From: Macrostomum lignano
Taxonomy: Eukaryota
DNA: 64,000 nt
Direction of reading: 5' to 3'
NCBI GenBank assembly: GCA_002269645.1
Contig: NIVC01000206.1
Coordinates: 1 to 64,000, forward strand
The position numbers were made by a program, and so were the translations under genes. The notes under the pieces were generated by a model. That model was given only the letters and a program-made list of their open reading frames with translations, had not been told where the DNA came from and did not search any database. Numbering within the stretch: the stretch's first letter is position 1; every line of letters begins with the position of its first letter. Positions 33,263 to 44,815 of this stretch are shown here, piece after piece.

Positions 33263-35847
33263 CGGGTTTGACTTTTGATTGCTTTATTCTTATAATGCGG
33301 CCAGTTTTAACTTAATTATGTAGGGCTGGGATTGAGGACTCAAATGCAGACAGCCTTGTATCCGTTTGGCCTCACCATTCACTGTTAGTTTGATCCAGTT
33401 ATTGGGTTTGAGCTGCTGGGCCAATCGCAATTGGCTCGATCGCATCTGTGAGCCGACTTACCTAGACAAGGAAGACAATTATGCTGGCTACGTGACTACT
33501 GATTACTCGTTGTAAGGCTCACATTTCAGCTTAACAGTGCCGTAGAGGCAGGCTAGTGGGCTGAATGGCGTGCCTGTTTAAACGAGTAGCACAGTTGCTT
33601 TTTTTGATTTTCAAATGGGCCGCGTTTAAAAGCATCAATAAAAGGCATCCAACGGGCGAGCCTGTTTTGGGTGTGGTGTCACGGAATGATCTCTTCCTTG
33701 CTCCACCAAGGAAAATGATCACGGAATAATAGTTAAAGGATGTCGCATCGCAATGCCGCAATGCCTACGACATCGAAATCGTGTGGCAAACAGCGCTGAT
33801 GCAATTGTGCACATTCTGAGGAGTCCTGAGAAGATACTGTAGACCAAGGACCACTAGAAGTTACGGTTGTACACAACGTAACACTTTCTTGTTTGCATTT
33901 CAGCTGAACTTTAAGTATATGATAATAGTATATTACGTCGCCCTCTGTTTTTCCCATTAACGCCCTTAAAGCATGGGTATTACTATTATTGTGCCATAGA
34001 CATTTGTGTCCTTGACAAAGTGGGACAGGAAATACGAGTAGAAAGGGGGTGTGGGGGCGAAGCCATCACCAAAAGCCATAGACAAACACGAAATAAGAAT
34101 TTTTGCTGTAGTACAGTACTAACTTAAGAAGAGAAGAGAATAGAGTATAGAGAATAGAATAGAATAGAGAATTGAAACTTATCGCACCACAGACTGCATA
34201 CGGTTTGACTAACACAAAACTAGATCTAGAAGCATGATCAACAATAGCAGTATCGCAGAGGGCGAGATAAGTGGATTGAATGCTGATGAATTGGAATTTG
34301 TAACTCATTAATCTGCTGGACGCAGCCACGAATCGGTTGTCTCACAATACGACGGACTTCCATCGGTCGACTCGAGACGCATCAACGAGTTCCTTCTGAA
34401 CGTGACGGAGTTTCCTGAACTGGACGAGACGGACCTCCAGAAGATAACTAATCTGGAGAAGCTGCCGTTGTACAATCAACAGAGAAGCAGACGGACATCT
34501 ACTCTAGAAGACTGAAGGCTTTTCTGAGTGAAAGAGGTCTTTCAGGTATGTAGCAGGTAAGTTTAACTGCTGGATTGATTAAATTGACAATTGTTGTTTT
34601 GTTTTGTTGCATTTATGTTCTAGTTTTCACATGTTTCATGCAGAGTCGTTCTACAAATAAAGCGGTTGTGTAACTGCCCACTAATTTGCATTAAAGTAAG
34701 TTTGACATAGACAATTTGTTCGATATTTCTTTCCTGCAAGCGTTTCCTCCTGCTTTCCTGCCAGTTTATGGCATTAAAAGGCAAGAATAAGTGTCCAGCG
34801 GGCACAAAGGTCATGGTACAATCGCCATTAAATAAGCATTCTTTGGTCAGAACGTCCGAGGCTGCATTTACGCTCGTAATGGTCCCGAGGCGAGCGAAGC
34901 GAGCCGAGGACCAATGAGTGGGGCCAAGGACATTCTGACCAGGACAGCTTAATTTAAGGGCTATTATTTTATATGAAATCATATCGCTTTTTTTGGAATA
35001 TTCCACCTGACAGAGCCCCCGCTGGGGGTGTGAAGCCCCCGCTGGGGGTGTGAAGCCGCCACAATTGAACCATAAACTTTTATGTAGAATTTCTCAAAAC
35101 AGCTTAGAATTCTCATACCGTCTTAAATCTTTCTGGCGGGTCAAAGACAATGTTTTAGTAGGGATTTTCTTAAGACAGTCGGCAAGTGAAAGAATGTCTA
35201 AAATGGAGAGAAGCGAGTACGACAAAATTAGTCTAACTGCTTTAGCGAGGATTCGTGCTGTTCTATTTGCTATGTATGGCGCTGAGGAAGTCGTTGAATT
35301 CTTTGATTTCTTCAGCTCATTTGAGAATTCACCCACAGCTGATGCGGTGCGTCCATCTTTACCTTCGACAAGCCGTGTGGGTGAGCTGCTTGATTCGACC
35401 GACTTGGAGTGCCAGGATGTCTGAGAATCATCGGTCCCTCTGCCAAGGTGGTTGATGGTCTTGGATTGCGTCCAGTGCTTCACAAGGCATCTCTGGTCCA
35501 GAAGAAAACCTGAGCAACGGTCCCACCGGTGAGCTTGTCGCGTCTGATGAGTCTTGTGAGTCCTCTAATGCACACGGAGTGAAGTCTATTGTCATTGGCA
35601 GTCCTATAAAATTGAAATCCTGTTGAGTGCGTGCAGACTTTTTGAAGCTAGCATGGGAAACTATTGAGAAGAAGCATGAGTTATGCGTTATTCGTAGTCT
35701 GTTTTTCTTGTTTTCTATTTGCGACATCAGATACACATTAATAGTTTATTAATCTATGGTACAACTAGTCTTTTCCCGAGACCATTAAATCATTTAATGG
35801 GCTCCGTTTGAAGACCATTAAATGATATAGAAGTAGTTGTGCCATAG

Positions 35848-36916
35848 TGTAGTGATCCGCTAGTTGAGGTTAGGCGTCCCACTTTGTCAGCAGTCTCCCT
35901 CGCCCTCGCCCTGGGCTGCTGTCTGCCGCTGGTCAGCTTCCCGCCCCCTTTGCCCGTCTGTTGCTGTCCTTGGCCTGTTCTGCCCTTCTGCGTCTCCGTT
36001 CTCAGCCCCCAGTCTCTCGACTTTGGGTTGTTTCTGTTTCGCTTCCGTCCAGTTTTTCCCTGTCTTGTGAGCTAGTCACATGACAGTTCTTGCGTTCTTT
36101 GAGTCCTAAAGTGCAGTAAACATGTTTACTGCACTTGCTGGCCCTGTTTACCGGGGAGTCACATGCTTCGGTACCCTCCCTTCTCTAAGGAGAGGAGTGA
36201 CTCATGTTGCTAAAAATAGCAACTGAGTCACAGCCGTGTGCACTCTGCCGGGGGACCCCAAGTGACGTCAGTTCTAAAAATAGAACGAGTCACGGGGTCC
36301 GTGCGCAAAGGGACTCTGCCCAGAGGCCATGAGTGACGTCAGTTCTAAAAATAGAACAAGTCACGAGATCTTGTGCAATGGGTCAGAGGTGGATCCCGCG
36401 CTATAAATAGGAGCCCTCTCCCCCTTGTTTCCGTCAAGGAGTTCTGTGCTAGCCGTCTTTCTGTCCAACCTTGAGTTCTACGTGACTGAGTCCCGAGTGT
36501 CTGAGTCTTTGCGTACATTGAATCTATTCCTATTGATCCGACTGAGACCCGACCAAGCCAACCCAAGCCTACGAGAGGCTAACTTAGCCCTCCCTTTACC
36601 ATCCAAGCCCGGCAGGTACTGCTGACGAGACGCCTAGTACGTTGAGCTGCAATTCTGCACTTTGTGCTGTGTTCGTTGACTTCGTTATTTCGTTCCGACG
36701 GGAAGCTCACCTCCCCGAAGGCCGAGACCTGAAGGAACTGGTGGCAGCATTACCTACGCTACTGAGAGTTGAGAGAACTTCCCACTGAAGAGGCTCGAGT
36801 CTTAAGGTAATCTTAAGTGCCTAAACCGGGAAGAAAACCCCATAAGCATTTCACTGGTGGCAGCGGTGGGATTCGAAGACCTACCAGGCCACCCCGAGAA
36901 TACCAAAAGTACTTCA
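35848..36916 (+). mobile_element. LTR-like element (Ty3/Gypsy-type), ~1.07 kb, with tRNA-Leu primer-binding site
   Basis: Starts TGTAGT and ends ACTTCA, flanked by CATAG (35843-35847 and 36917-36921). TATAAA at 36402. TGGTGGCAGCGGTGGGATTCGAA at 36855-36877 is complementary to the 3' end of animal tRNA-Leu. Confidence 0.75.
36180..36410 (+). promoter_or_regulatory. U3-like enhancer/promoter: duplicated CRE (TGACGTCA) block, AP-1-like sites, TATA box
   Basis: AGTGACGTCAGTTCTAAAAATAGAAC(G/A)AGTCACG occurs twice (~36261, ~36332). TGACTCA/TGAGTCA at ~36198 and ~36223. CTATAAATAG at 36401. Confidence 0.65.
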
Positions 36917-36981
36917 CATAGACTATTGATTCCTTGCTGCACGAAGGCGCCCATTAAACGTCAATTAAGTATATGTTATTC

Positions 36982-37280
36982 CCATGGAGGAAAGAATAGA
37001 ATGGAGTGCTAATCTGAGCAAGTTATTTTTATCTCGCTCGATTTTCGCTTTTAACATCCCTTTACTATTGGCTGAAAGCATATTTTGATGCGAGCTCGAA
37101 CTATGCTGGGCCAGACCTTTTAGAGGGGAACGAAAGCGAAAACGAGACGAAAAATACTTTGTCTCTGGCAGTCACGAGCCAATAGGAAAGAACGGGGGAA
37201 AGGGAGGTTAAAAGTGAAGATCGAGTGAGACAAAAATAACTGGCTCAGATTAGCACTCCATTCTATTCTTTCCTCCATGG
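36982..37280. mobile_element. Foldback/MITE, ~300 bp, ~110-bp inverted arms starting CCATGGAGGAAAGAATAGAATGGAGTGCTAATCTGAG
   Basis: 36982-~37095 is the reverse complement of ~37165-37280. Confidence 0.8.
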
Positions 37281-37544
37281 TTATTACGTGATGGAGTGGT
37301 TTCGAGTCGTCATGCGATGATGAATGAGTTGGAGTTGAATTTGCAACTGAATAAAGCGACACCTGAAAATATTTTAATGACGAAAGTGCAGTTCTTCGTT
37401 CGTTCTTTGTTTCTTACACGTTATTTCGTTCAAAAAGAAATTCCAAAGTACAAATAAATTTCTTTCGCATCAAATAAATGCTTTTCTTAGTCTATGACCG
37501 GGCCTAACTGGGTAATAAATAAGCAATCGGATTTTATATGCTAA

Positions 37545-40500
37545 CTAGCAATCTACGCCCCCCGTTGGGGAGCCAAAGAAATGCAATACACGTTTTTTTA
37601 ATAAGCTACATGTATCCTTGAAATCTTAAAAAATCTCCTATCAAACCTTGTAAGCCTTGACATGTCAGTAATTCCCCCCCACAAGCTTTAACATATCAAC
37701 TTCCCCCCTTGACATCTCAGCCATGCCCCCAATAAGCCTTGGAAATCTAAAAATATCTGTCAACCTTCTAACCCTAACCCTAACCTAACCCTAAAGCATT
37801 GAAATTTCAGTAATTCTCTCTAAGAGTCATTATAGCACTACTACAGCATTATAGCGATTCCCTGCAAGCCTCGACATCGTAGGGATTCCCAAATGAATAT
37901 CTTAACTTCGACATGAAGCTTCTTTTATTTTTTACATTACGCTTTTTTAATCAGCGATCCCTCCCCTGAGGAGGCATCAAATAATGTAATAAAAAGTTTT
38001 CAATAAACTACATGTAGCTTCTGACTTTAGCCTTGAAATCTCATTTATACCCCCGTGAGCCTTGACATCTCAGCTATTCCCCCCGTAAGCCTTAACATGT
38101 CAGCGATGGCGCCCATAAACCTTGAAATCTGAAAAATCCCCTGCTAACCTTGAAACTCGATAAAATATAACCCTCAACCCACACCTGACCTAAACCTAAC
38201 TTTAACCCAACATAAAGCCTTGAAATCTCAGCAATTCTTCTCCCCTAAGCCTTGACATTTTAGTGATTCCTTCTTTAAGAATCACAGCACTATAACGATT
38301 TCCACCTAGCTTTGACATCGTAGCAATTCCCAAATGAATCTTTTAACTTTGACATGACTTTTCTTTTATGTATATATAGTGCTACTTTTATTTTTTACAT
38401 GACTCTTCTTCTATCAGCGCCTCCCGTGGCGAGCCAACAAAGAATGCAATAAAAAAAATTGAGTAAAGTACATGAACTTTGAATTAGCTTCTGACTTTTG
38501 CTTTGACATCTCAGAAACCCCCCCCCCCCCGTAATCTCAGTTATTCTCTGAGAGCCTTGACGTCTCAGTTTTTCTCCCCAGCACAGCATTATAGCTGCAT
38601 TTAATTTTTCCATGACACCTTTCATGTCTGACATGACGCTTCTTTTATTCTACTATGATGCTTCTTAATTTTTTAAATGACACCTTCATTAGTTTTTAAA
38701 TGACGCTTCTATGATTTTTTCATGACGCTTCTATGATTTTAACATGACGCTTCTATGATTTTTACATGACGCTTCTATGATTTTTACATGACGCTTCTAT
38801 GATTGTTTACATGACGCTTCTATGATTGTTTATATGACGCTTCTATGATTTTTTAAATGACGCTTCTATGATTGTTTACATAACGCTTTTATGATTTTTA
38901 CATGACGCTTCTATGATTGTTTACATGACGCTTCTATGATTTTTTACATGACTCTTCTATGATTTTTACATGGCGCTTCTATGATTGTTTACATGGCGCT
39001 TCTATGATTGTTTACATGACGCTTCTATGATTGTTTATATGACGCTTCTATGATTTTTTACATGACGCTTCTATGATTGTTTACACGATGCGTCTATGAT
39101 TTTTTTCATGACGCTTCTATGATTTTTTACATGACGCTTCTATGATTTTTACATGACGCTTCTATGATTTTTACATGACGCTTCTATGATTGTTTACATG
39201 ACGCTTCAATGATTTTTTACATGACGCTTCTATGATTGTTTACACGATGCTTCTATGATTTTTTACATGACGCTTCTATGATTTTTTACATGACGCTTCT
39301 ATGATTATTTCATGACGCTTCTACGATTTCTGCAGGACGCTTCAATGATTTTTACATGACGCTTCTATGATTTTTACATGACGCTTCTATGATTGTTTGC
39401 ATGACGCTTCTATGATTGTTTATATGACGCTTCTATGCTTTTTACATGACGCTTCTATGATTTTTTACATGACGCTACTATGATTTTTACATTACGCTTC
39501 TATGATTGTTTACATGACGCTTCCATGATTGTTTACATGACGCTTCTATGATTTTTTACATGACGCTTCTATGATTGTTTACATGACGCTTCTATGATTG
39601 TTTACATGACGCTTCTATGATTTTTAAATGACGTTTTTTTGATTTTTATATGACGCCTCTATGATTTTTTAAATGACGCTTCTATGATTTTTATATTACG
39701 CTCTTACGATTTTTTACATGACTCTTTTATGATTTTTACATGACGCTTTAATGATTTTTTCATGACGCTTCTACGATTTTTTACAAGAAGCTTCTATGAT
39801 TGTTTACATGACGCTTCTATGATTGTTTGCATGACGCTTCTATGATTGTTTACATGACGCTTCTATGATTTTTTACATGACACTTCTATGCTTTTTACAT
39901 GATGCTTCCACGATTTTTTACATGACGCTTCTATGATTGTTTACATGACGCTTCTATGATTTTTTACATGACACTTCTATGCTTTTTACATGATGCTTCC
40001 ACGATTTTTTACATGACACTTCTATGATTTTTTAAATGACGCTTCTACGATTTTTTACATGACGCTTTTATGATGTTTTAGATGACGCTTCTATGATTTT
40101 TTACATGACGCTTCTATGATTTTTACATGACGCTTCTATGATTTTTTACATGACGCTTCTATGATTATTTCATGACGCTTCTACGATTTCTGCAGGACGC
40201 TTCAATGATTTTTACATGACACCTCTATGATTTTTACATGACGCTTCTATGATTTTTTACATGACGTTTTTTTGATTTTTATATGACGCCTCTATGATTT
40301 TTTAAATGACGCTTCTATGATTTTTATATTACGCTCTTACGATATTTTACATGACGCTTCTATGATTGTTTACACGATGCTTTTATGATTGTTTACATGA
40401 CGCTTCTATGATTGTTTACATGACGCTTCTATGATTGTTTGCATGACGCTTCTATGATTGTTTACATGACGCTTCTATGATTGTTTACATGACGCTTCTA

Positions 40501-43500
40501 TGATTGTTTACATGACGCTTCTATGATTGTTTACATGACGCTTCTATGATTGTTTACATGACGCTTCTATGCTTTTTACATGACGCTTCTATGATTTTTT
40601 ACATGACGCTACTATGATTTTTACATTACGCTTCTATGATTGTTTACATGACGCTTCCATGATTGTTTACATGACGCTTCTATGATTTTTTACATGACGC
40701 TTCTATGATTGTTTACATGACGCTTCTATGATTGTTTACATGACGCTTCTATGATTTTTAAATGACGTTTTTTGATTTTTATATGACGCCTCTATGATTT
40801 TTTAAATGACGCTTCTATGATTTTTATATTACGCTCTTACGATTTTTTACATGACTCTTTTATGATTTTTACATGACGCTTTAATGATTTTTTCATGACG
40901 CTTCTACGATTTTTTACAAGAAGCTTCTATGATTGTTTACATGACGCTTCTATGATTGTTTGCATGACGCTTCTATGATTGTTTACATGACGCTTCTATG
41001 ATTTTTTACATGACACTTCTATGCTTTTTACATGATGCTTCCACGATTTTTTACATGACGCTTCTATGATTGTTTACATGACGCTTCTATGATTTTTTAC
41101 ATGACACTTCTATGCTTTTTACATGATGCTTCCACGATTTTTTACATGACACTTCTATGATTTTTTACATGACGCTTCTATGATTTTTTACATGACGCTT
41201 CTATGATTTTTACATGACGCTTCTATGATTTTTACATGACGCTTCTATGATTGTTTACATGACGCTTCTATGATTGTTTATATGACGCTTCTATGATTTT
41301 TCACATGACGCTTCTATGATTGTTTACATGACGCTTCTATGATTGTTTACACGATGCTTCTATGATTTTTTACATGACGCTTCTATGATTTTTTACATGA
41401 CGCTTCTATGATTTTTTACATGACGCTTCTATGATTATTTCATGACGCTTCTACGATTTCTGCAGGACGCTTCAATGATTTTTACATGACACCTCTATGA
41501 TTTTTACATGACGCTTCTATGATTTTTTACATGACGTTTTTTTGATTTTTATATGACGCCTCTATGATTTTTTAAATGACGCTTCTATGATTTTTATATT
41601 ACGCTCTTACGATATTTTACATGACGCTTCTATGATTGTTTACACGATGCTTTTATGATTGTTTACATGACGCTTCTATGATTGTTTACATGACGCTTCT
41701 ATGATTGTTTGCATGACGCTTCTATGATTGTTTACATGACGCTTCTATGATTGTTTACACGATGCTTCTATGATTGTTTACATGACGCTTCTATGATTGT
41801 TTACATGACGCTTCTATGATTGTTTACATGACGCTTCTATGATTGTTTACATGACGCTTCTATGCTTTTTACATGACGCTTCTATGATTTTTTACATGAC
41901 GCTACTATGATTATTTCATGACGCTTCTACGATTTCTGCAGGACGCTTCAATGATTTTTACATGACACCTCTATGATTTTTACATGACGCTTCTATGATT
42001 TTTTACATGACGTTTTTTTGATTTTTATATGACGCCTCTATGATTTTTTAAATGACGCTTCTATGATTTTTATATTACGCTCTTACGATATTTTACATGA
42101 CGCTTCTATGATTGTTTACACGATGCTTTTATGATTGTTTACATGACGCTTCTATGATTGTTTACATGACGCTTCTATGATTGTTTGCATGACGCTTCTA
42201 TGATTGTTTACATGACGCTTCTATGATTGTTTACATGACGCTTCTATGATTGTTTACATGACGCTTCTATGATTGTTTACATGACGCTTCTATGATTGTT
42301 TACATGACGCTTCTATGCTTTTTACATGACGCTTCTATGATTTTTTACATGACGCTACTATGATTTTTACATTACGCTTCTATGATTGTTTACATGACGC
42401 TTCCATGATTGTTTACATGACGCTTCTATGATTTTTTACATGACGCTTCTATGATTGTTTACATGACGCTTCTATGATTGTTTACATGACGCTTCTATGA
42501 TTTTTAAATGACGTTTTTTTGATTTTTATATGACGCCTCTATGATTTTTTAAATGACGCTTCTATGATTTTTATATTACGCTCTTACGATTTTTTACATG
42601 ACTCTTTTATGATTTTTACATGACGCTTTAATGATTTTTTCATGACGCTTCTACGATTTTTTACAAGAAGCTTCTATGATTGTTTACATGACGCTTCTAT
42701 GATTGTTTGCATGACGCTTCTATGATTGTTTACATGACGCTTCTATGATTTTTTACATGACACTTCTATGCTTTTTACATGATGCTTCCACGATTTTTTA
42801 CATGACGCTTCTATGATTGTTTACATGACGCTTCTATGATTTTTTACATGACACTTCTATGCTTTTTACATGATGCTTCCACGATTTTTTACATGACACT
42901 TCTATGATTTTTTACATGACGCTTCTATGATTTTTTACATGACGCTTCTATGATTTTTACATGACGCTTCTATGATTTTTACATGACGCTTCTATGATTG
43001 TTTACATGACGCTTCTATGATTGTTTATATGACGCTTCTATGATTTTTCACATGACGCTTCTATGATTGTTTACATGACGCTTCTATGATTGTTTACACG
43101 ATGCTTCTATGATTTTTTACATGACGCTTCTATGATTTTTTACATGACGCTTCTATGATTTTTTACATGACGCTTCTATGATTATTTCATGACGCTTCTA
43201 CGATTTCTGCAGGACGCTTCAATGATTTTTACATGACACCTCTATGATTTTTACATGACGCTTCTATGATTTTTTACATGACGTTTTTTTGATTTTTATA
43301 TGACGCCTCTATGATTTTTTAAATGACGCTTCTATGATTTTTATATTACGCTCTTACGATATTTTACATGACGCTTCTATGATTGTTTACACGATGCTTT
43401 TATGATTGTTTACATGACGCTTCTATGATTGTTTACATGACGCTTCTATGATTGTTTGCATGACGCTTCTATGATTGTTTACATGACGCTTCTATGATTG

Positions 43501-44815
43501 TTTACACGATGCTTCTATGATTGTTTACATGACGCTTCTATGATTGTTTACATGACGCTTCTATGATTGTTTACATGACGCTTCTATGATTGTTTACATG
43601 ACGCTTCTATGCTTTTTACATGACGCTTCTATGATTTTTTACATGACGCTACTATGATATTTACATTACGCTTCTATGATTGTTTACATGACGCTTCCAT
43701 GATTGTTTACATGACGCTTCTATGATTTTTTACATGACGCTTCTATGATTGTTTACATGACGCTTCTATGATTGTTTACATGACGCTTCTATGATTTTTT
43801 ACATGACGTTTTTTTGATTTTTATATGACGCCTCTATGATTTTTTAAATGACGCTTCTATGATTTTTATATTACGCTCTTACGATTTTTTACATGACGCT
43901 TCTATGATTGTTTACACGATGCTTCTATGATTTTTTACATGACTCTTCTATGATTTTTACATGACGCTTTAATGATTTTTTCATGACGCTTCTACGATTT
44001 TTTACATGACGCTTCTATGATTGTTTACATGACGCTTCTATGATTGTTTACATGACGCTTCTATGATTGTTTACATGACGCTTCTATGATTTTTTACATG
44101 ACGCTTCTATGCTTTTTACATGATGCTTCCACGATTTTTTACATGACACTTCCACGATTTTTTACATGACGCTTCTATGATTTTTTACATGACGCTTTTA
44201 TGATTTTTTTAGTTTTCTTGGCGTTAAAAAGCTTTAATTAAAAAAACTCTACTCTCTAAAAATTCGAACCATCGTTTCTGCATTTAGCAGTTCAGTCTGT
44301 TTACCTCTAGGCTAGCTCTCATCGTTTTGATAACATGAATTCAGCACTTATAATTATAAGTTTCAAAACTCCAAGCATAGAGTAAATCACACGAGGCAGT
44401 TATTACATAATCAATTTCTCAGTTAGTCAGTATCAGTTAACAATATGGTTGCGCAATCTAAATCAAGTCTGGTGCTACGCTTCCACACTGCATTTTCAAT
44501 ACTGTGACGCAATTCAAGTTGGAGTTACAATTCAGTTATGATGTAATCCATTTCAGAATCAGAATTCAACCAGTCAGTTTTTTCTCTAGCATTCTTACAA
44601 TGCATTTCAAGTCGAAAAGTTTGCTTGACCTTTGCAAAAAAGCATGTTTTTCGAATATTTAATCGCTTTAACATGGAGCAATTTCTTAGCCAAGATGCAT
44701 GTACCGTCCCAGGAAAATTTCTGATCGAACAGTGCAAGTTCGAAGAAAATCGGTCCAGCCATTTTTTCTCTAATCGATTGCGTACAAACAAACAACTCAT
44801 TTTTAGTATATAGGA
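37545..44815 (-). mobile_element. Non-autonomous Helitron A (~7.3 kb) carrying a 5.6-kb satellite
   Basis: The 5' end is TCCTATATACTAAAAA (44815), followed by an (TTTG) microsatellite. The 3' end is a GCTCCCC-AAC-GGGGGGC hairpin, 12 nt, then CTAG|T (37545/37544). No Rep/helicase ORF. Confidence 0.75.
38630..44205. repeat. 22-23-bp satellite (ACATGACGCTTCTATGATTGTTT/TTTTT)n, ~245 copies, with higher-order structure
   Basis: Direct reading; marker variants recur at fixed offsets. Confidence 0.98.
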
